In this document: positions 17,827 through 21,682 of the stretch, piece by piece
Layout: every line of letters starts with the position of its first letter
How positions within the stretch are numbered: position 1 is the first letter of the stretch
NCBI GenBank assembly: GCA_027050205.1
Contig: JALUCS010000127.1
Coordinates: 1-21,682, forward strand
Source: a candidate division WOR-3 bacterium
Lineage (GTDB): Bacteria; Hydrothermota; Hydrothermia; LBFQ01
DNA: 21,682 nt
Direction: 5' to 3'
Program-made: the position numbers and the translations under genes
The notes under the pieces: generated by a model
Told to the model about the DNA's origin: nothing
What the model saw: the letters and a program-made list of their open reading frames with translations, nothing else
The model's database searches: none

Positions 17827-19389
17827 TTAGACGAAGAAGTTGCCCACCCTCTCCGGGGAGATCCTCGCCCTGCTTACCTGGGCGCAACCGAGGTGGATGT
17901 AGTCCATATCCCACTCCCTGTGGGCGTCCGTACCTATGAATACCTTCCCCTCGTAATCCCCCATCAGCAGGGCCTCCGCCGTTAGGTCCACCCTCCGTGG
18001 GTTGGCGTTCACCTCCAAGGCCTTGTCCGTCTCCTCCGCCCTCCGGAAGACCCTCTCAAGGTCCACGTTGTAAGGGGGACGCTTCTTCAGAACCCTGCCC
18101 GTCGGATGGCCGATAACGTGAACGTACGGGTTCTCAAGGGCCTTCAGGATACGCTCCGTTAGGTCCTCCCCGTCCTTCCAAGCGTGGACGGAGGCGATGA
18201 CGATGTCAAACTCCGCAAGGATCTCGTCGGGGTAGTCAAGGGAACCGTCGGGTAGTATATCCACCTCCGTGCCGTACAGGATCCGGACGTAGGGGTACTT
18301 CTCCCTTAGGTGGAGGATGTCGTACTTCTTTCTCTCCAAACGGGCCTCGTTCAACCCCCCTCCGGACGACGGGGAGTGGTCTACGAGGGCGATGAGGGTC
18401 TGGCCCCTGCGTATGGCCGCCTGAACGGCCTCCTCCGGCCTCATGCTGCCATCGGAGTAGGTGGTGTGGACGTGGGTATCTCCGGGTAGGCTGGAAGGTA
18501 GTAGCGGGGGCGGTAGGGTTCCCCTGATGGCCATCTCCACCTCCTCGCCGTCCCACCTCTGGTAGGGGTGTATGAAGGGGAGGCCAAGCCTCCCGTAGAC
18601 TTCCTCCTCCGTTGCCCCCTCTATCCCGCCCATCCTCTCAAGGGCCATAACATGCCCCTCCGGTCCCGTGGAATACACGAGGACGCTCCCCTTATCCTCC
18701 TCGGTGTATATGTGAATCCGCAAGGGGATCCGGTCTCCACCCCACAGCCAGTATCCCCTGTCGTACCGGCCGGAGAATCCGAGACGGAAGGCGTCCTCCT
18801 CCGATAGGGCGAACTCCAAGACGTCAAGGAGAGGGTCCCCCCTCCGGTATCCCCCCACTGCTACGGCCGAAGGGTACGTCCTCCTGAAGGCCTCAACCAC
18901 TATACGGGCCTCTGGTATCAGGAAGTGGTTCCGGTACCTAAGGTAGAAGAGTACGGCCTCCCTGACCTTCTCCGGGTTCTTGAAGAGCCTGCGGGCCTCT
19001 TCCCCCTCAAGGAACTTCAGGAGGTCGTGGAAGGTCCTGACGTCCTTCTCCAAGAGAGTTTTGACCGTAGCCGGCCCTATGCCCCTGACTTTTATGAACT
19101 CAACGGCTTCCTCCCCCAACTCCCGACGGGCCTCCTCGTACTCCTCAACCCTACCCTCCTCAAGGAAGGCGACCACTTTGGCCACTATGGCCCTCCCCAA
19201 CCTCAAGGCCCTCCTTAGTCCCTCCTCCCCCTCGTACTCGTAGATGCTCCTTATATCCTCCGGGAACTCGGAGAGGACCCTCGCTGCCCTGCGGTACGCG
19301 TCGCAGTGAAACTTTCGCCCTCCCCTGATGAGGCACGCCCCGTAGAGGAAGTCAAAGATCTTGTACAGCCTGTAATTCGCCTCGTACAA
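17827..19389 (-). CDS. polX: DNA polymerase X family / PHP-domain protein (non-canonical polymerase site)
   Basis: AYRRAAR, HhH motif VRGIGP, GGYRRG, YSTG, TEEEVYGRLGLPFI. PHP motifs GDTHVHTTYSDG, VDHS, GTEVDI, ASVH, IGHPTGR, LEVNA, GTDAH. TTG start with GGAGG upstream. Confidence 0.9.
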   Translation of the reverse strand: MYEANYRLYKIFDFLYGACLIRGGRKFHCDAYRRAARVLSEFPEDIRSIYEYEGEEGLRRALRLGRAIVAKVVAFLEEGRVEEYEEARRELGEEAVEFIKVRGIGPATVKTLLEKDVRTFHDLLKFLEGEEARRLFKNPEKVREAVLFYLRYRNHFLIPEARIVVEAFRRTYPSAVAVGGYRRGDPLLDVLEFALSEEDAFRLGFSGRYDRGYWLWGGDRIPLRIHIYTEEDKGSVLVYSTGPEGHVMALERMGGIEGATEEEVYGRLGLPFIHPYQRWDGEEVEMAIRGTLPPPLLPSSLPGDTHVHTTYSDGSMRPEEAVQAAIRRGQTLIALVDHSPSSGGGLNEARLERKKYDILHLREKYPYVRILYGTEVDILPDGSLDYPDEILAEFDIVIASVHAWKDGEDLTERILKALENPYVHVIGHPTGRVLKKRPPYNVDLERVFRRAEETDKALEVNANPRRVDLTAEALLMGDYEGKVFIGTDAHREWDMDYIHLGCAQVSRARISPERVGNFFV

Positions 19390-19392
19390 CCT

Positions 19393-19752
19393 TCAGGACC
19401 CTCCCTTTAGGTCCGCCAACGCTTCATAGACGTCGTTGTAGGTCTTGAAGACCTTATCAAAGGCCATAACTTCATACACCTTACGGACCTGTCCCTTCGG
19501 GCCGCATATTATGATGTCCCCGCCCCTCTCCCTGGTGTGCTTTAGGACGGTTATCAGGGCGCCCCAGATGGCGGAGGATATGTAGGTCGTTTCGGAGAGG
19601 TCTATTACGAAGATATCCACGCCGTCGGCAAGCTTATCGTCAAAGAAAACTATCAGAGGCTCACGCAGTGCGGTATCCACTTCGCCTATGAGCCTCACGA
19701 CTCCTATCCTACCTTCTCTTCTAAACTTCAGAACTTCCCCTATGTGCCTCAT
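19393..19752 (-). CDS. STAS domain protein (anti-sigma factor antagonist, SpoIIAA/RsbV-like)
   Basis: VVRLIGEVD, VIDLSETTYISSA (phosphoacceptor-type Ser), QVRKVYEVMAFDKVF, EAL. Confidence 0.88.
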   Translation of the reverse strand: MRHIGEVLKFRREGRIGVVRLIGEVDTALREPLIVFFDDKLADGVDIFVIDLSETTYISSAIWGALITVLKHTRERGGDIIICGPKGQVRKVYEVMAFDKVFKTYNDVYEALADLKGGS

Positions 19753-19777
19753 ACCCTCCTATTCTACTGTCGGCGAG

Positions 19778-20842
19778 TTAGGTATAGCTCAAGGCCTCCT
19801 CTTCCCCCTTCATTACCCTCACGACCCCCTCGGCCAAGGCCCTCATCTCGTCCTCACCGGGATATACGTATATGGGTGCTATGAAGGATAGCCGTCGCTT
19901 CAACTCCTCAACTACGTAGTCTTCGTAGGCCATCCCCCCCGTTATTATTATGCCATCCACGTCGCCGGAGAGGACGGCGGCCATACCTCCCGCGTCCTTC
20001 GCTATCTGGTAGAGCATAGCATCCACCACCTCCTTGGCCCTCCTATCACCGCTCCTAACCCTCTCCATAACTTTTCGGAAGTCCTTCTCACCGAGGTACG
20101 CGTATATCCCCCCCTCGCCGAATATCATCCTCTTCATCTCCTCCAGGGAGTACCTACCGGAGAAGCACAGCTTTACGAGGCTCATAACGGGCAAGGTCCC
20201 CGTCCTCTCTACGGAGAATGGCCCCTCTTCCATGGAGTTGGTTATATCCACCATCCTGCCATCCTTATGGGCGGAGACGGTTATGCCGCTTCCGAGGTGT
20301 ATGACGACGAGGCGGGAGTCCTCATAACGACGTCCGTTGTCCCTCGCCCACCGTTTGGCTACGGCCTTGGTGTTCAGGGCGTGGGATAGGCTGTAGCGAG
20401 GGAGGTCCGGGTGGCCGGAGTACCGGGCGAGGGTGTCCATCTCATCAACGCTGACAGGGTCTACGGTGTATGCCCTTATCCCCCACCTCTTGGCGAGGTT
20501 GTATCCTATTATTCCGGCGAGGTTGGAGGCGTGGAACCCCCTCTTGCTCTCGTACAGGTCTATCACCATCCCCTCATCAACGATATATGTCCCGCTCTTC
20601 AGAGGTTTGAGGAGTCCGCCTATTACGGCTATGGCGTCTATGTCTTCCCCCTTCACCCCTCGGCGACGGAGAATCTCTTCAATTACTTCCTCCCTAAAAC
20701 GGAGATGCTCCTTTATGTCCTTGAGATTACGGAGATGGGCGTAGTCGTGCCTAACGGTCTCCCTCCAAACTTCCCTGTCGTCCTCGTAAAGGGCTACCTT
20801 GGTAGAAGAAGCCCCGGTGTTTATAACGAGTATCCGGACCAT
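19778..20842 (-). CDS. buk: Butyrate kinase / branched-chain carboxylic acid kinase
   Basis: ILVINTGASSTK, GGLLKPLKSGTY, HASNLA, VDPVSVDE, HALNTKAVA, HLGSGITV, EGPFSVERTG, ITGGMA, YPGEDEMRALA. Confidence 0.93.
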   Translation of the reverse strand: MVRILVINTGASSTKVALYEDDREVWRETVRHDYAHLRNLKDIKEHLRFREEVIEEILRRRGVKGEDIDAIAVIGGLLKPLKSGTYIVDEGMVIDLYESKRGFHASNLAGIIGYNLAKRWGIRAYTVDPVSVDEMDTLARYSGHPDLPRYSLSHALNTKAVAKRWARDNGRRYEDSRLVVIHLGSGITVSAHKDGRMVDITNSMEEGPFSVERTGTLPVMSLVKLCFSGRYSLEEMKRMIFGEGGIYAYLGEKDFRKVMERVRSGDRRAKEVVDAMLYQIAKDAGGMAAVLSGDVDGIIITGGMAYEDYVVEELKRRLSFIAPIYVYPGEDEMRALAEGVVRVMKGEEEALSYT

Positions 20843-21089
20843 TACGTAATTCTAAGGAGGGAGGTACGGGGGATAAGTCGCTTCGCTTACGACCTCTCCA
20901 ACCTTCGTCGGATAGGACGCCACGGGGTGGATTTGGGACCTCGTTGAGGGCTTTTCGGGTAGGAGATAAGGTAGCTTTGGGAGATACATTTACCACAATA
21001 TTACATACTTCCTGTGCAATATTGTAATCAATTTTGTCCGTATCTTATTATCCGCAGGGTAGATTGGGCTGGAGGTTTTGAAGAAGAAA

Positions 21090-21682
21090 GTTTAGATTCC
21101 ACAAGGCAGATTTGGGACCGTAAAGTCCATAATAAACAACATAGACCTCAATCTTGTTTGAATTCCACAAGGCAGATTTTGGACCCCAAGGAAAAAGTTT
21201 TTCCTAAAGGATCGTTCCTTCGTTTGAATTCCACAAGGCAGATTTCGGACCTTCTATTTTGCCGGAAGAAGTATTGAAAAGACGTTTGTTTGAATTCCAC
21301 AAGGCAGATTTCGGACCTGAAAAAACTCCGCCACACCGTCCTTACCCCACCCCGTTTGAATTCCACAAGGCAGATTTCGGACGCAGCACAGCACCCTTGT
21401 GCTGCCCCATGACAGGTGGGTTTGAATTCCACAAGGCAGATTTCGGACCAAGGCATAGCTATCGTACTACAAAGTATTCAGTCCATTTAGTTTGAATTCC
21501 ACAAGGCAGATTTCGGACGCTGTAGCGTATATCATCGCGAAGCTCCTCCCACTCCGTTTGAATTCCACAAGGCAGATTTCGGACGCTGTAGCGTATATCA
21601 TCGCGAAGCTCCTCCCACTCCGTTTGAATTCCACAAGGCAGATTTCGGACCAACTACAACGCAGGCACAGAACACGGCTGGA
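21090..21682 (-). CRISPR. CRISPR array, trailer end (truncated at the window edge)
   Basis: Nine 29-bp repeats GTTTGAATTCCACAAGGCAGATTTCGGAC (plus strand) starting at 21090, 21156, 21222, 21288, 21354, 21420, 21490, 21556 and 21622. Spacers are 37 nt (one is 41 nt). The reverse complement ends ATTCAAAC, like the ATTGAAAC 3' end of many class 1 repeats. The two leftmost repeats are degenerate, consistent with minus-strand transcription. Confidence 0.98.

Noticed and set aside
20980..21060. Possible oriC (TTATCCGCA at 21048-21056, AT-rich, ACAATATT/AATATTGT inverted repeat)
   Set aside because: Only one imperfect DnaA-box-like 9-mer, which overlaps the relic CRISPR repeat. There is no box cluster and no dnaA context.
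17827..21089. polX/STAS/buk as CRISPR-associated genes
   Set aside because: They lie on the trailer side, have their own promoters and belong to ordinary housekeeping families. No Cas motifs were seen.
21014..21653. ORFs with repeated peptides (EICLVEFK, VRNLPCGIQT, FEFHKADFG)
   Set aside because: They are translations of the CRISPR repeats, not genes.
21119..21682. Self-targeting of spacers within the window
   Set aside because: By eye I found only short matches (for example 9 nt GCTGTAGCG near 20390) and no protospacer. A genome-wide search is still needed.

Overview
A gene-dense, GC-rich (~55-60% by eye) bacterial chromosomal segment. Heavy AGG/ATA codon use and Glu/Lys/Arg-rich proteins suggest a thermophile. 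Por/T9SS-type C-terminal domains suggest an FCB-related or WOR-3-like lineage (inference only). Left to right: a DxxGDG-motif hypothetical protein, a lone ZnuC-like ABC ATPase, a 1413-aa gingipain-like C25 protease with FG-GAP repeats and a sorting domain, a five-gene minus-strand operon (CPBP protease, tandem-2TM protein, Gly-rich beta-barrel-like protein, membrane protein, wHTH regulator), an MFS transporter, ruvB, a class-III aminotransferase, a HIT hydrolase, a stand-alone 5S rRNA gene, an SDR, an unknown helical protein, truB, a second FG-GAP/sorting-domain protein, a PolX-PHP, a STAS protein, butyrate kinase, and the trailer end of a CRISPR array (9 repeats, truncated by the window edge, no cas genes in the window). 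The most notable signals are: (1) ten unit-leading genes have a TAnAAT -10 box 6-9 nt before the start codon and almost never a usable Shine-Dalgarno, pointing to pervasive leaderless mRNAs, three with an identical upstream TGCGACCT; (2) no TCGA was found in a manual scan of the window; (3) ruvB apparently must start at a non-canonical CTG; (4) the 5S rRNA gene is unlinked; (5) predicted secreted proteins have ultra-short N-terminal leaders; (6) the PolX lacks its polymerase carboxylates. No clearly new multi-gene system is proven. The best candidates are the CPBP/2TM/wHTH operon and the secretome with minimal leaders.
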